A DNA stretch of 64,000 nt from a virus: positions 1 through 64,000 of the IMG/VR virus record IMGVR_UViG_3300042731_008016. One strand, written 5' to 3'. Below the pieces are notes generated by a model. The model was not told the DNA's origin and searched no databases. It worked only from the letters and a program-made list of their open reading frames with translations. The translations under genes and the position numbers were made by a program. Numbering within the stretch: position 1 is the stretch's first letter; each line of letters begins with the position of its first letter. Shown piece after piece: positions 1 through 11,700 of this stretch.

Positions 1-3000
1 GCTACATTTCTTACTAATGGTACTGATTATTCATTAGAGGATACTTCAACATGGACAGATATTGATATATCTGGTGATACTGGTGGTGAAACTGCAATAG
101 GTGCTATTTTTGAAATAGTTTGTTATGCAAATCAAGTCTATAGAAATTGTGGATTTAGAAAAAATGGAAGTACAGATACTCATATTTCTGGAACTTTTGG
201 ACACACTGGTAATGGTGGAAGGGGTGCTGGAGTTATTGGAGTTGATGGTAGTGAGATTTGTGAAGGTTATATAATAAATACAGATGTTGATTTTTGGTTA
301 GTTGGTTATATTACTGCTGATACTACATTTAACACTAATGCCACAGATTATTCATTGGGTTCTACTGGTAGCTATCAAGATTTAACTACATTACCAACTG
401 GTGCAACTGGGGGAATTATTGATGTTGTTTGCCCTTATTATTATATTTGTGCATTAAGAAAAAACGGATCTAGTGAAGATATATATTTATATGGAACGCA
501 AAGGATGTTCGGGTTAATAGAAGCTGATGAGGATAGAATTATAGAAGGAAAAATAAATAATGTTAATGTTGATTTTTGGTTAGTTGGTTATTTTAGTGAG
601 GGTAGCACTACTTCTACTAAGACAGTTTCAGCTAAGGCACATGTATTGAGTTCTGGTGTAACTAAAACAATTCAGGCAAAAGCAAAAATTCAAATTGGGC
701 ATACAAAAACGATTACGGCAAAAGTAAGAATTAAAATAAGCAATTTTCAAACAATTGCTTCAAAAGCTGCGATTATCAATTTAACTCCAGCTCATTTCCT
801 AGATGATGTCCAACAGCAAAGTGGTAATTCATGGGCATCTGTTGCCAAGAAAATTCCAGCTAGTCATTTCTATAGAAAAGCAAGCCAAGGAGTAACACCA
901 AGCCACAATTTTGAAATCTTTAGTGTAAAAACATTATTTCAATGGTCAGACTCTGATAAAGAACAGGGAACTTTACGATGCAAAATTTATGAAACATCTG
1001 GAGAAACCCCAACAGGATCACCAATAGCCACAGCTATTAATACTCAAGAAATGGCTGATATCAAATATTGGGGTGATGATGCTCCTAATTATACAATATC
1101 TTACTTTTACTTTGCTCCTGGAACAGTTTTAGAATCAGGAACTAAATATTGTATTGTTTTAGAGGTTGATAATAACGATTTACCAACTGGCAATGATCTA
1201 AATACCTTTATTCAAACAACTAATCCCTATGCTGGTGGTTTATTCTCGCAAGAAAGATCAATAGATGATGGTGAAAGCTGGCACTGGACATATAGTAGTG
1301 CAAACGATCTTTACTTTGCAGCAGAAGAGTATGGAACTAGACAAACAATTACTATCACAGCTAAAAGTCGCATCCAAATAGAATCAACTCAAACAACAAC
1401 TTCAAAAGCAAGAATTCAAATTAGCGAAACTCAAACTATAGATACTAAAGCGAATATTTTCGGCACAACTTCACGAATAATAACCGTAAAAGTAAATATT
1501 AAAAAATTATCAACTCAAACGATTTCAGTTAAGGGAAAAATTACGACAATAAGCACGCAAGCAATAAATGCTCTTGGACGAATTACTTCTACATACAACG
1601 AACAGACTATTGAGGCTAAAACCAGAATCCAAAAATCTACCACTTACACAATAACTGCAAAAGGAAGAATCAGCGTAGGTAGAGAAGAGACCATCACTGC
1701 AAAAGGTAGAATTAGAAAACAATTCAGTCAAACTATTAATGCTAAAGGGAGAATTCAGAAAAGTTTTGGTCAAACACTTTCTGTGCTAGGTCGAATTCAA
1801 AAACAATTCCAAGCTACAATTAATGCTTTGGGAAGAATTGAAATAACTAAAACTAAAACCATTAGCACTTTGGGAAGAATCCAATTAGGTGGAGATAAAA
1901 ATATAGAAGCTAAGGCTAACATTAAAGCAACTCAATCCCAAACAACATCGTCATTAGCAGCTATCAAGAGAACATTTGAAAAAACTATCACCGCTGTTGG
2001 TCGAATTACCATATTTTCAGAACAAACAATTGACTCTAAAGCGAGTATTGGTAAGACATTTACACGAACAGTAAATGCTATCGGACGAATCCAAAAACAA
2101 TTTGACCAAACCATCTCAGCATTAGGAAGAATCCAAAAAGAGGCCATTCAAACAATTGAGGCTCTAGGTAGAGTTCAAATTGGAAGCACTCAAACCGTTA
2201 ACACCAAAGCAGCTATCCAAAGATCGGTAGAAAAAAATATTAGTGTTCTTGGAAGAATCACGATTATTTCTATCCAAACAGTCAGCACTCTAACTGATAT
2301 TAAAAAGCAAACAAACAAAATTATAAGAGCCATAGGAAGAATTGGAATAGCTGAAGGTAAAAATATCGAGGCCAAAGGTAATATCAAAGCAAATCTAGAA
2401 CAAATTGTTTCTGCCAAAACTGCAATTCAAAGAAGTTTTGAACAAAACATTGAAACCAAAGCTAGAATTACTATTGTCAATGAGCAAACAATTGAGGCTA
2501 AAGCTGACATTAAAGTTAATCAAATTCAAACCATAAATTCAAAAGCTAGAATTACTATTACAAACCAAAAAACAATAGAGATTCTAAGTCGAATTCAAAA
2601 ACAATTCACTCAAAATATTAGTGTTTTAGGTAGAATTACGGTAAATACCTCTCAAACATTATCTACAAAAGCTGCTATTTTGAAAAACTTTACCAAGACA
2701 ATCAGTGCTTTGGGAAAAATCGCAATTAGCTCTACTCAAACCATAGATGTCAAAGCTTCGATTAAAAAATTAACTGAAAGAACAATTCAGGTAAAGGGTC
2801 GAATTCAAATAAGTAGTGAAAAATCACTCACTTCTAAGGGAAATATCAAGAGAGAGCAGTCTCAAATAATAAGTGCTCTTGGAGACATCAAGAAACAATT
2901 CGAGCAAACCATAGAGACAGTTGGACGTATTCAAATATCTACCGAACAGCAAATCAATGCTATCGGTAATATCCTTGTAACCCAACCAAAAACTATATCA

Positions 3001-4011
3001 GCCAGAGGAAGAATAACACGCACATTCTCAAAGACAATTTCTGCTCTTGGAAGAATAGAAAAGCAATTTAGCCAAACAATTTCTGCTCTCGGACGAATAA
3101 CCATTTCAACTGAACAAAACATCTCTACTAAAGCTGCAATTAGACGAGTATTTACTCAAACAGTTGAAGGTAAAGGAAGAATATCTATCACGTCTGAGCA
3201 ACAAATATCTGCTAGAGCCGATATTAAAAAGGAACTATCTCAGACAGTAGAGGCTAAAGGTCGGATCGGGTTGGTGGAAAATGTTCAAACCGTAGAAGCT
3301 AAAGCTAATATCTTGGCAATCCTAGAACAAAGCATAGAGGCTCTTGGTACTATTAAAAAAACGTTCTCACAAACAGTCTTAGCAATTGGTCGAATTGAAA
3401 TCAGCACAAACCAAACAATTGATGCCATCGGTAATATAAAGGCAACTCAATCTAAAACAGTTAATGCTAAAGGTAGAATTACTAATAACTACAGTCAAAC
3501 AGTAAATGCTCTTGGACGAATCATAGCCACAACAAATCAAGAAATAACTGTAGAAATCAAAGGTTCAATTAAAAAGAATCTATCACAAACAGTTGAATTT
3601 AAAGGTAAAATCCAAATTTTCAGTGAACAAACTATCGTTGTAAATGCAGATATTAAACTTGAGCAAAGTAAAACAATTTTTGCAAAAGCGTCTTTATTCT
3701 CAGTCACCATACAAACAGTTCAAGCCAAAGCTCAATTGCAAACAGGTGGCGAGGAGCAAACTATACAAACAGGCGCCCGTATTGTAAGATTAAGAACAGA
3801 GACAATTTCTGCTAAAGCAAGGATTATAACCTATGCGATAGTAGAAATTATCGACAGAGTTAGAAGTCAAGACCTTATCGAAGAGTTAACTTATGTTAAA
3901 TCTAGAGTGAGAGCAGTCTCATATAGTAAGGTCTCAGTAGTAAATATCTGTGATCCTAGCAGAGTAGTCCGAACTAAATGGATGACTACTAAGGCCAGAA
4001 TTACACATTAA
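1..4011 (+). CDS. Large virion fibre/decoration-like protein with ~14-aa tandem repeats (5' truncated by window)
   Basis: Frame 1 is open from base 1 (ATFLTNGTDYSL...) into the 355 ORF. N-terminal repeated domain ends VDFWLVGY (twice). Long run of QTIxAxGRI-type repeats. Lies just upstream of neck genes. Confidence 0.75.
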   Translation, partial: ATFLTNGTDYSLEDTSTWTDIDISGDTGGETAIGAIFEIVCYANQVYRNCGFRKNGSTDTHISGTFGHTGNGGRGAGVIGVDGSEICEGYIINTDVDFWLVGYITADTTFNTNATDYSLGSTGSYQDLTTLPTGATGGIIDVVCPYYYICALRKNGSSEDIYLYGTQRMFGLIEADEDRIIEGKINNVNVDFWLVGYFSEGSTTSTKTVSAKAHVLSSGVTKTIQAKAKIQIGHTKTITAKVRIKISNFQTIASKAAIINLTPAHFLDDVQQQSGNSWASVAKKIPASHFYRKASQGVTPSHNFEIFSVKTLFQWSDSDKEQGTLRCKIYETSGETPTGSPIATAINTQEMADIKYWGDDAPNYTISYFYFAPGTVLESGTKYCIVLEVDNNDLPTGNDLNTFIQTTNPYAGGLFSQERSIDDGESWHWTYSSANDLYFAAEEYGTRQTITITAKSRIQIESTQTTTSKARIQISETQTIDTKANIFGTTSRIITVKVNIKKLSTQTISVKGKITTISTQAINALGRITSTYNEQTIEAKTRIQKSTTYTITAKGRISVGREETITAKGRIRKQFSQTINAKGRIQKSFGQTLSVLGRIQKQFQATINALGRIEITKTKTISTLGRIQLGGDKNIEAKANIKATQSQTTSSLAAIKRTFEKTITAVGRITIFSEQTIDSKASIGKTFTRTVNAIGRIQKQFDQTISALGRIQKEAIQTIEALGRVQIGSTQTVNTKAAIQRSVEKNISVLGRITIISIQTVSTLTDIKKQTNKIIRAIGRIGIAEGKNIEAKGNIKANLEQIVSAKTAIQRSFEQNIETKARITIVNEQTIEAKADIKVNQIQTINSKARITITNQKTIEILSRIQKQFTQNISVLGRITVNTSQTLSTKAAILKNFTKTISALGKIAISSTQTIDVKASIKKLTERTIQVKGRIQISSEKSLTSKGNIKREQSQIISALGDIKKQFEQTIETVGRIQISTEQQINAIGNILVTQPKTISARGRITRTFSKTISALGRIEKQFSQTISALGRITISTEQNISTKAAIRRVFTQTVEGKGRISITSEQQISARADIKKELSQTVEAKGRIGLVENVQTVEAKANILAILEQSIEALGTIKKTFSQTVLAIGRIEISTNQTIDAIGNIKATQSKTVNAKGRITNNYSQTVNALGRIIATTNQEITVEIKGSIKKNLSQTVEFKGKIQIFSEQTIVVNADIKLEQSKTIFAKASLFSVTIQTVQAKAQLQTGGEEQTIQTGARIVRLRTETISAKARIITYAIVEIIDRVRSQDLIEELTYVKSRVRAVSYSKVSVVNICDPSRVVRTKWMTTKARITH
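1340..3830 (+). repeat. Coding tandem repeat, ~14 aa (42 nt) period, roughly 55-60 copies
   Basis: e.g. KQFSQTINAKGRIQ/KSFGQTLSVLGRIQ/KQFQATINALGRIE. Confidence 0.85.
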
Positions 4012-4025
4012 AAAGGAGGTAAAAT

Positions 4026-5000
4026 ATGATCGACCAAATATTAAAAGATACCTCTGACAAGATTGAAGTCGACATTTACTATAACAATGTCCTGACTCCA
4101 CCTGATTCAATTAGTATTAGGGAAATAAGAGACCCAAATGGAAATATTATCCTAACCAATCAATCAGTTACCGCAGGATCAACCACTGGAAGATATGAAT
4201 ACACCATGGGAGCAGCTTACACCTCTACTCTTGGTGTATACACTGCCATTTGGAGATTTGTAATCAATAGCGCTACTTATGAGCATACTCAATATTTTGA
4301 GGTTGTCTCTTCTCTTCGTCAGGGATATATCACACCATACGAAGTAAGACAGAAAACTGTTTATGAGGGAATCACCGATGATAGCCCGACTGATGCTGTT
4401 CTTCAAAAGTATATTGATAGATCCACAGCCATAATGGACAACTTTTTCGGTGGTTCAATTAACTACGCTATTTACACAGAAAAAAGACGCTGTGTTTTAG
4501 ATAAAGTTCATAATGGAGTTCATATCCAATTGAAATATAGACCGATTGTGAGTTTAACTTCAGTTCAATTAATGCAAGGTCCAACTAATACTCTAGATCT
4601 TGATACTGATTACATCAGAATTAATGAAGAGGCTGGTTATCTAGAATATTTTAATGATATCAGCGTTCCAACTTTAAGAATTTGTACTTTTGATCCATCA
4701 AGAACACAAATTATTCCTGTCGCCACCGTTGTTTATACAGCTGGATATGTAACTGTACCAGATAACGTAAAAGAAGCTGCAGCAATGTTAGTTGAATTCT
4801 TATACAAACAAACAAAAGGTGATGATAAACAATTGGTAAGATTCACTATTGATGAGGTAACTGAACAATACAGGACATCAAAAACCGAAGAATCAGCGAT
4901 GGCAGAATTAGGAGTCGGTAGTGTGCAACCAATATTAAAACTATTAAGACCATACAGATTGCCATATAAGACTTTGCCGTTTGTTGGTCCACTAGGATAA
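4026..5000 (+). CDS. Head-tail adaptor (gp6/gp15-like) with N-terminal Ig-like domain
   Basis: YITPYEVR...IDRSTAIMD and VVYTAGYVTVPDNVKEAAAML motifs; position; AGGAGG RBS. Confidence 0.7.
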   Translation: MIDQILKDTSDKIEVDIYYNNVLTPPDSISIREIRDPNGNIILTNQSVTAGSTTGRYEYTMGAAYTSTLGVYTAIWRFVINSATYEHTQYFEVVSSLRQGYITPYEVRQKTVYEGITDDSPTDAVLQKYIDRSTAIMDNFFGGSINYAIYTEKRRCVLDKVHNGVHIQLKYRPIVSLTSVQLMQGPTNTLDLDTDYIRINEEAGYLEYFNDISVPTLRICTFDPSRTQIIPVATVVYTAGYVTVPDNVKEAAAMLVEFLYKQTKGDDKQLVRFTIDEVTEQYRTSKTEESAMAELGVGSVQPILKLLRPYRLPYKTLPFVGPLG

Positions 5001-5004
5001 AGCC

Positions 5005-5433
5005 ATGAGCATTCGAAGAATACCTGATAGGTATTTAATCACTAGATTATATTTTTTTAGAGAAAGCACAATCATTGATAGCGTTGGAGATCATGATGTT
5101 AGTGAAACATTAGCATACGCTGAAGTTAAAGCCAGTGTCCAACCAAAAACGAGTGATATTTCTTACGAGCTTGCTGGAGTTACTCATAGACAAACTCATG
5201 TTGCCAGATTCAATCGATTTGAAGATGATACTCTTAGATTAATTCAACCAACTGATAGAGCTCTAGACAAAGAAACTGGAATGAGTTTTATGATTCTGGC
5301 AATAAAAAATTGGCAAGCAGCTCAAGACAGTATTAGTGATAGCCATCATATAAGTTTGATATTAAAGAATGTAACTGGCCAATATGACACAACTCAATTC
5401 AAGACAGTTACTTCGAAAGCACGAATATCATGA
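5005..5433 (+). CDS. Head closure protein (SPP1 gp16-like)
   Basis: Size, position after adaptor, DSVGD...VKASVQP...THV pattern. Confidence 0.55.
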   Translation: MSIRRIPDRYLITRLYFFRESTIIDSVGDHDVSETLAYAEVKASVQPKTSDISYELAGVTHRQTHVARFNRFEDDTLRLIQPTDRALDKETGMSFMILAIKNWQAAQDSISDSHHISLILKNVTGQYDTTQFKTVTSKARIS

Positions 5434-5492
5434 GAAATAAAGTTGTAACTCTAAGAAATATAACAAAATTATAAATTATTAAAAAGGCTAAT

Positions 5493-6008
5493 TTGAAATT
5501 AGGTTTATCTTTATCTGGCATCAATCAAACAATAAAAAATCTTGAAGGTGCTGGCTTTGTTCTTCAAACAAACTTTAAATCCGAGCTAATCAATCAAGGA
5601 AAAAGTTTGAAAAATAAAGCCAAAGAAATTCTAGAGAGAGAATCTAGTCTTCGAACTAATAAGAGATTTTGGACTGGTAAACTTCAAGACTCTATAGAGA
5701 TGAACATTCTTCATGAAAAAGGTGATATTATTGGTATTAGTGTTGGACCAGATATGAGGAAAGTTCCTTATGCAGAGTGGGTTGAAATAGGGCACTATGT
5801 TTATGGAGGATTTTATAGCACCAAAGGAGATTGGTGGGAAGGTTATCACTATATGGAGCAAACTTACGCTGAAGTAGAACCAAATATTGCAAAACAAATA
5901 GCTGATACCTTAAAAGTTAAACTCAATAGTTATGCCAGAACTGCATCAAAGAGAACTCAACATAAAAAGACAGGTCGCTTTGTAGCAGGATTCGGAGGTT
6001 GGAACTAA
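5493..6008 (+). CDS. HK97 gp10-like neck/tail completion protein
   Basis: TGKLQDSI and YAEWVEIG motifs; synteny. Confidence 0.65.
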   Translation: MKLGLSLSGINQTIKNLEGAGFVLQTNFKSELINQGKSLKNKAKEILERESSLRTNKRFWTGKLQDSIEMNILHEKGDIIGISVGPDMRKVPYAEWVEIGHYVYGGFYSTKGDWWEGYHYMEQTYAEVEPNIAKQIADTLKVKLNSYARTASKRTQHKKTGRFVAGFGGWN

Positions 6009-6009
6009 T

Positions 6010-6450
6010 ATGTCAACATACGACAAAAACATACACTATCTAAAAGAAGCAATATTTAGCAAATTAAATAATAGCTCTGATTTGGCTACTTTATTGGGAG
6101 GATCTGGTAGAATTTATCATCGACAACCACCCAACGAAGCCAAATATCCCTGCCTAATTTATTCTATTATCAATGACACTGATAATGTATTCAATGAAGA
6201 TCGATCAACTGGCGAGGTAACAAGAGCATTTATTAGAATTAGTATTTTTTCAAAGTCGAAAAAAACCGAGGAGTCTGACAACATAGAAGCTAAGGTTAAA
6301 TCGCTTTTACACGGCCAACGTACTTTGGACACTACTAAGATAATTTGCTATAGTTGTTATAGGGACAACCTCTTAGAGCCCAGAAGAGACCCTGATGATA
6401 AAATTTGGATAACCCAAACTAGATATCGGACAAGTTGGGCAGTAAAATAA
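6010..6450 (+). CDS. Tail terminator protein (gp17/DUF3168-like)
   Basis: LKEAIFSKL...GRIYHRQPP...YPCLIY pattern; synteny. Confidence 0.65.
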   Translation: MSTYDKNIHYLKEAIFSKLNNSSDLATLLGGSGRIYHRQPPNEAKYPCLIYSIINDTDNVFNEDRSTGEVTRAFIRISIFSKSKKTEESDNIEAKVKSLLHGQRTLDTTKIICYSCYRDNLLEPRRDPDDKIWITQTRYRTSWAVK

Positions 6451-6476
6451 GTTAGAAGGAATAGTAGGAGGAATTT

Positions 6477-6830
6477 ATGACAACTCAAGTAAAAGTTCAA
6501 ACAAATCCTAAAGGTACGCTTGTTAAAAAGCCATCATATCTTTTGGAACTTGAAGCTAAATGGAAAAGATGGACAGGTATCGACGATAAAGAAGCTTTTG
6601 AAGCTCTCAAGGATTTATCTGGCGACCTATGGGGTGAATTAAGAAAACTTGAGGCACAACTCTGTAAAGAAATTGAAAACAGAGAATTGCCAGAAGATTT
6701 CAAAGAATTCACTAAAGCCAAAATCAGAGATACTTGGAGAGATATTATTGGCCACCAAAAAATTGGTTTGGACAAACTCTGCATAGTAGTTAGAAGATAC
6801 CTTGACGAAGACGTTAAGGAGGACAAATAA
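6477..6830 (+). CDS. Hypothetical protein
   Basis: ORF with AGGAGG RBS. Confidence 0.6.
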   Translation: MTTQVKVQTNPKGTLVKKPSYLLELEAKWKRWTGIDDKEAFEALKDLSGDLWGELRKLEAQLCKEIENRELPEDFKEFTKAKIRDTWRDIIGHQKIGLDKLCIVVRRYLDEDVKEDK

Positions 6831-6833
6831 AAT

Positions 6834-7280
6834 ATGAACAAAACAAGAAGATCACGATCTTCTGAACCAGAAGAAAAGATCGAGACCAAAGCAGTCATCG
6901 AAGAACCTAAGGACGAAGTTGAATCAACTAAATCTGAGGAGACTAAAGATGATGACGAAGTAACTGTTGTCTCTCGTCCAAAAAAGATCGTTCGAAAAGG
7001 TACTACTAAATCATCTCGACCTCAAGTAAAATATAGAGAGGTAGTATATCTCGGCACTGCCGATAAATCTACTGTAAGAGGTGCGGTAACAGGCAATAAA
7101 TACACATTCATAAAAGATGAGTATGATATGCCAGTAGCAGTAAATGTAGATGAAAGAGACTACCCTGCAGTTATCGCTCTTAAAGGAAAAGGTTGCGCTC
7201 GAAGGGACCCACGAGCTTTATTTATGAATAAACAAGATTGGGACCTAGAAATAGCATCAGCTAAACGAGCAAATAGTTAA
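6834..7280 (+). CDS. Hypothetical protein with charged, disordered N-terminus
   Basis: ORF with RBS in the tail operon. Confidence 0.6.
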   Translation: MNKTRRSRSSEPEEKIETKAVIEEPKDEVESTKSEETKDDDEVTVVSRPKKIVRKGTTKSSRPQVKYREVVYLGTADKSTVRGAVTGNKYTFIKDEYDMPVAVNVDERDYPAVIALKGKGCARRDPRALFMNKQDWDLEIASAKRANS

Positions 7281-7332
7281 AGTCATAGTTTCAGTGTCAG
7301 ATCGTTATTAAAATTTTAGGAGGATTCAAACT

Positions 7333-7893
7333 ATGGCAGTCACAACCACAAACATTAACGTTTCTGGTGCCGTGGTCAGATTAGGAGGAACCGTAACAGC
7401 TGACGGCGGAAACGCCGACTGGTACGATGTAAGCCCCCAAGGAACTGATGTCGGATGTACTCAAGGAGGAGTTACTGTAACTTACTCTCTTGATTTATCT
7501 GATATCTTCTGTGATCAAATCACCGTCCCAGTTGATGTTGCTATAACAGGTGAGACAGCTGCAATCGAATTCTCAATGTTAGAATCTACAGCCGAAAACA
7601 TGAAGCTGGCTTTAGCTGACTTCGCTTCGTCAGAAGATGAAGCTGGAGTTGCTTACTGGCTTGGTGTTGGTGGTATTAACACAGTTTCGTTCACACCACT
7701 TGAGCTAGAGATTACTGACAACGACACAGGATATTTGACAACCTGGACATTCTTCAGAACAATCTGTGGCGGAATCGAGACTAACTTTGAGAGAGAGAAT
7801 CCAACTGCATTTGGTGTTACGTTTACAGCCTACGCTGATACAACACATAGCAGTGGAAAACAGCTGTTTCAAGTTCGACAGAACAAGGCATAA
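7333..7893 (+). CDS. Major tail tube protein
   Basis: Acidic 186 aa; DVGCTQGGVTVTY, FERENPTAFGVTFTAY; precedes chaperones and tape measure. Confidence 0.75.
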   Translation: MAVTTTNINVSGAVVRLGGTVTADGGNADWYDVSPQGTDVGCTQGGVTVTYSLDLSDIFCDQITVPVDVAITGETAAIEFSMLESTAENMKLALADFASSEDEAGVAYWLGVGGINTVSFTPLELEITDNDTGYLTTWTFFRTICGGIETNFERENPTAFGVTFTAYADTTHSSGKQLFQVRQNKA

Positions 7894-7927
7894 ACGAAGC
7901 GTAACACCCCTATAAGTTAGGAGTATT

Positions 7928-8404
7928 ATGTCTGAAGATGCTATAAATAAACCAGTAGAAACAAAAAAAACTGGAGAAAATACTGGTGGCGAAACAACCG
8001 CTAGTATTTCTTTTGGAGAAAGTAAATATACCCTCAAAAAATTGAAAGCGGGTAAATTTTATGCTGCCTTAAAAGTCTACATGCAGATGATTAAGGAAAT
8101 TGCTCCAGGAGCACAGGCCCCAGGTGAAGAAGCAACTGTCGATTTTGACAAGCTAGTTGTTAGCATGTTTGAAAGTTGGCCAGAAAAGATGGTTGATTTT
8201 ATCGCCATCTGTTGCTCAACCGTAGAATCAGAAACACCGTTAACAAAAGAATATATTTTAGAAGAGGCATACCCAGAGCAAATCTCTGAAGTTTTCGAAA
8301 CTTGTTTGAAACTCAATAACGTGGGTGCAAACTTAAAAAACTTCGTCGCCCCTATAGGAAAGCTGGGGGCAGAGGTACAGGAGGCCAAGCAGCCCAAAAA
8401 GTAA
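7928..8404 (+). CDS. Tail assembly chaperone (gpG-like)
   Basis: Between tube and tape measure; slippery A-AAA-AAC at 8335-8341. Confidence 0.75.
   Translation: MSEDAINKPVETKKTGENTGGETTASISFGESKYTLKKLKAGKFYAALKVYMQMIKEIAPGAQAPGEEATVDFDKLVVSMFESWPEKMVDFIAICCSTVESETPLTKEYILEEAYPEQISEVFETCLKLNNVGANLKNFVAPIGKLGAEVQEAKQPKK
8335..8370 (+). promoter_or_regulatory. Programmed -1 frameshift signal
   Basis: A AAA AAC in frame, followed 6 nt later by a GCCCCT...GGGGGC hairpin. Confidence 0.7.
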
Positions 8405-8727
8405 GGGTACCTAGTATCGACTTCTTATATTGGTGTTTTGATATTTTAGCTTTCCGTTACGGTTGGACCAAACAATACATGGAAGAAGAATTGTATTGGG
8501 AGGAATTCTGGAAATTCGTTCAAATGGCATCCAACTTTACGGCAGACGAAAAAAATGCCGATCTGCGATTCCATTTCATGCTACACGCTGACAAAAAATC
8601 TGCGAGAAAGTGGAAAGATTTACCTATACCATTCCCTGCGGAAAACGACGATAACATTGCTCAAGATAAGAGTGGCATTACTCAACTGCCTCCTCATTTG
8701 AGAGGCTCAGTCATAAGGGAAGACTAA
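8341..8727 (+). CDS. Tail assembly chaperone -1 frameshift extension (gpGT-like)
   Basis: The -1 frame is open from 8341 through the 8479 ORF to 8727. Confidence 0.7.
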   Translation, partial: LRRPYRKAGGRGTGGQAAQKVRVPSIDFLYWCFDILAFRYGWTKQYMEEELYWEEFWKFVQMASNFTADEKNADLRFHFMLHADKKSARKWKDLPIPFPAENDDNIAQDKSGITQLPPHLRGSVIRED

Positions 8728-8728
8728 T

Positions 8729-11700
8729 ATGGCACAAATAGGTGAACTACTAATCGCACTACAAGGAGATTCTAAAAGCTGGTCCAGCACAATGAAAACA
8801 GCTGGCCAAGATCTAAGAACACTTGTAAAAGAAAGTCAGAAAGCTGGACAAGAGCTTAATGATTTTAATGCCAAAACAGTCAACTTACTAAAAGGTTGGA
8901 AAAATGAAATTGGTGATGCCTATCGAAGTTTAGAAAAATCTCTCGATCCAGTAAAAAAAGGATTAGTAGAACAAGGCAAAGCTCTTAGTGTTAATCAAAA
9001 AGGCATCAATAAATTAGCTTTAGAAGCAGTTGTTGGTGCTGAGAAGATGAAGACTTTAAACGATAGTTTAAAAACCACATCTAATTCATTGTGGTTAATG
9101 AATCGAGGTCTTCAACAATTTGGCATCTCGATGACAACTGCCTTTACAGTTCCTATTTTAGCTGCAGGTGCACTATCAGTAAAACAATTTGCTGAATGGG
9201 AACAAGGAACACTTTCAATTCAAAGAGCTGCTGAAATTACAAGAACTGAAGCTGAAAATATTACTGAATCCTTTGTCAAAATTTCTCAACAAGTACCATT
9301 AACTGTCGAAGAACTTCAAAAAGCTGGTTATGCAGCTGCTCAGGCTGGTGTGACTGGTGAAGAATCGATCACTAACTTTGCCAAAGCTGCAACTATGCTA
9401 AGTAAGGTTGGCGGAGATGCGTTCAAAGACCTCCCTGTAGAAGACTTAGCCAATAAATTAGCCTATCTTGGTATTGCTTTTGGAGAAACTGGTGAAAATT
9501 GGAGTAACGTTAATAATTTAGCGTCTACTTTACTGGTTGTTGCAAAAGCCGTTCCAGGAGGATTATCGGAAATTATTGAGGCTATGAGAAGAGCTTCTGG
9601 TGCAGCTTCAACATTCGGTCTGTCATTATCTGACACTACCGCAGCCATGGGTACGCTCGTAGCTGCAGGTGTTCCAGCTTCAAGAGCTGGTACTGAATTC
9701 CAATCAGTATTACTAGATATGGCAACCAATGCAGATAAAGTTGCTCAATCATTGGGATACACAAATGAAAACATGAATGAATTCAAAGAGCGAATGGAAA
9801 CAGACATGCTTGGAGTTCTTGATGAATTAATTCAAAGATATGGTTTAGTTGATGGGAAAATAGATGAAACTCAACATTTACAAGAAATTTTTGGAAAAAC
9901 ATCTTTGAAAGCATTATTACCATTGATTGAAAATGTAGATTTGTTCCATGATTTGCAAGCCAGAGCTAATGGAGAAATGGAAAACGGAGCGTTGTTGGCA
10001 GCTGAATTTGCTGTTGAAGCTAATAGCTTGAGTGGAACATTCTCTGTCTTTAAAAATAATGTAGATGCTCTCAAAAAGGCAATTGGAGATGACTTAGCTC
10101 CCTATGTTAATTTATTTCTCAAAAGTGTTACTACAGGACTTCAAAGTGTAGTAGCATGGTGGGAAAAACTTAATCCCACTATTAAGGTTGCTATTGTAGC
10201 CTTTGCTGCCTTATTAGCCTTAATCGGACCATTAGCATTATTGTTAAATACTCTTTTTATAAGCCCAATTTTCAGTTTAAGTAGATTACTATCTGGTTTA
10301 GTTGGTTTAGTTATCGAACTTGGCGCTACTGCTTCAGCTGGAACAGTAGCAAGTGTTTCTATGAGTGGTTTAAGTGGGGCATTTGTAGCTGCTACTGGCG
10401 CTGTAGCATCATTGATTAAAGGAATCGCTATCTTAGCACTTCAATTAGGAACAATAGTGGCCATTATTGGAGTTGCAATTGCTGCAGTTTATTTATTGGG
10501 TAAAGCCTTTGGTATTGGATTTAAACTACCAAAAATGCCAGAAATTAAATTGCCTAAGTCTAAGGGAACTGGAGCTGGTGCAATAACCGATCTTGGTGGT
10601 CAAGAAAAATTAGCTCAAGTTGATGAAGATGCTGCTAAAGAAAGAGAAAAAGCCCTTAAAAAAGAAATGAAGGAAAAGAAAAAAGCTAGAGATAAAGAGC
10701 TAAAAATCATTGATAAAAATATTAAAGATTTCCAAAAAGTTAGCGACAGGGAAATTAAAGCAAGACAAAAATTAGTTGATGAACAAGAACAGGCTTTATA
10801 TGACAGACGAGAGCAGTGGGAAGATGAACAACGACTTGAACAAGAAAAAATCAGAATGCAAGAGGAAACTCTAGAAACTGCAAAAGAAACTCTTAAAAAA
10901 GCTAAAAAAGAACTTAATGCTTTGGAAGATGCTCAAGATGAACAAGTAGACTTGGCAGAAGATAAAGTTGATTATGCAGAAATGAATTTAAAGGCTGCTC
11001 AAGATGCTTTAAAAAGAGAAAAATTACTTGGTAAAGATGAATTTGATGCAAGCTATAGAGCTGCTCTAGAACGTGTCGAGGCATGGGAAGCAGCTACACA
11101 ATTGGCTAGAGAAAATGTAATTGCAGTTAAAAAAGAATATCAAAAACAAATCAATGCTCAAGAAGAAATTGTTGACGCTAATGAAGAACAAGTAGATTTA
11201 CAAACAAGTGCCTTGGATGATTTGAAAGATGCACTTAAAGAAAGAAAAGCTGTAGTTGATAAAGAAATTGATGTTCTTCAAGATGAGTTAAAAATCAGAC
11301 AAGATGCACTCAGTGATTATAAATCTAGTGCCGATGAAAAACTTGATTTATTACGTGAAGAAAAATCAGCTCGTCAAGAAGCTTGGGATGAAGAATTGGC
11401 TATTTTACAAGATCAATTAGATGCAGCTAGAGATTTTGCTGATGAACTAAGTAACTCTGGCATATCTGAACTTCCGAAAGCAACTCAGGGAGCAATTGAT
11501 AGTTTTGAAGCTCTTGATGCTGAATTCCAAAAACAAATTGAAGAAATGCAAACTGATATTAAAAAAGCAATGTCATTTGGTCCAGAAATAAAAGAGGGTG
11601 GATTAATTGCAGATTATAAAAATGCATGGGAAGGTGCTAAAGAACTAGCAGAAACAGAAGGTAAAAGTGCTGGACAAATATATGTCGAAGCAATGTGGGC

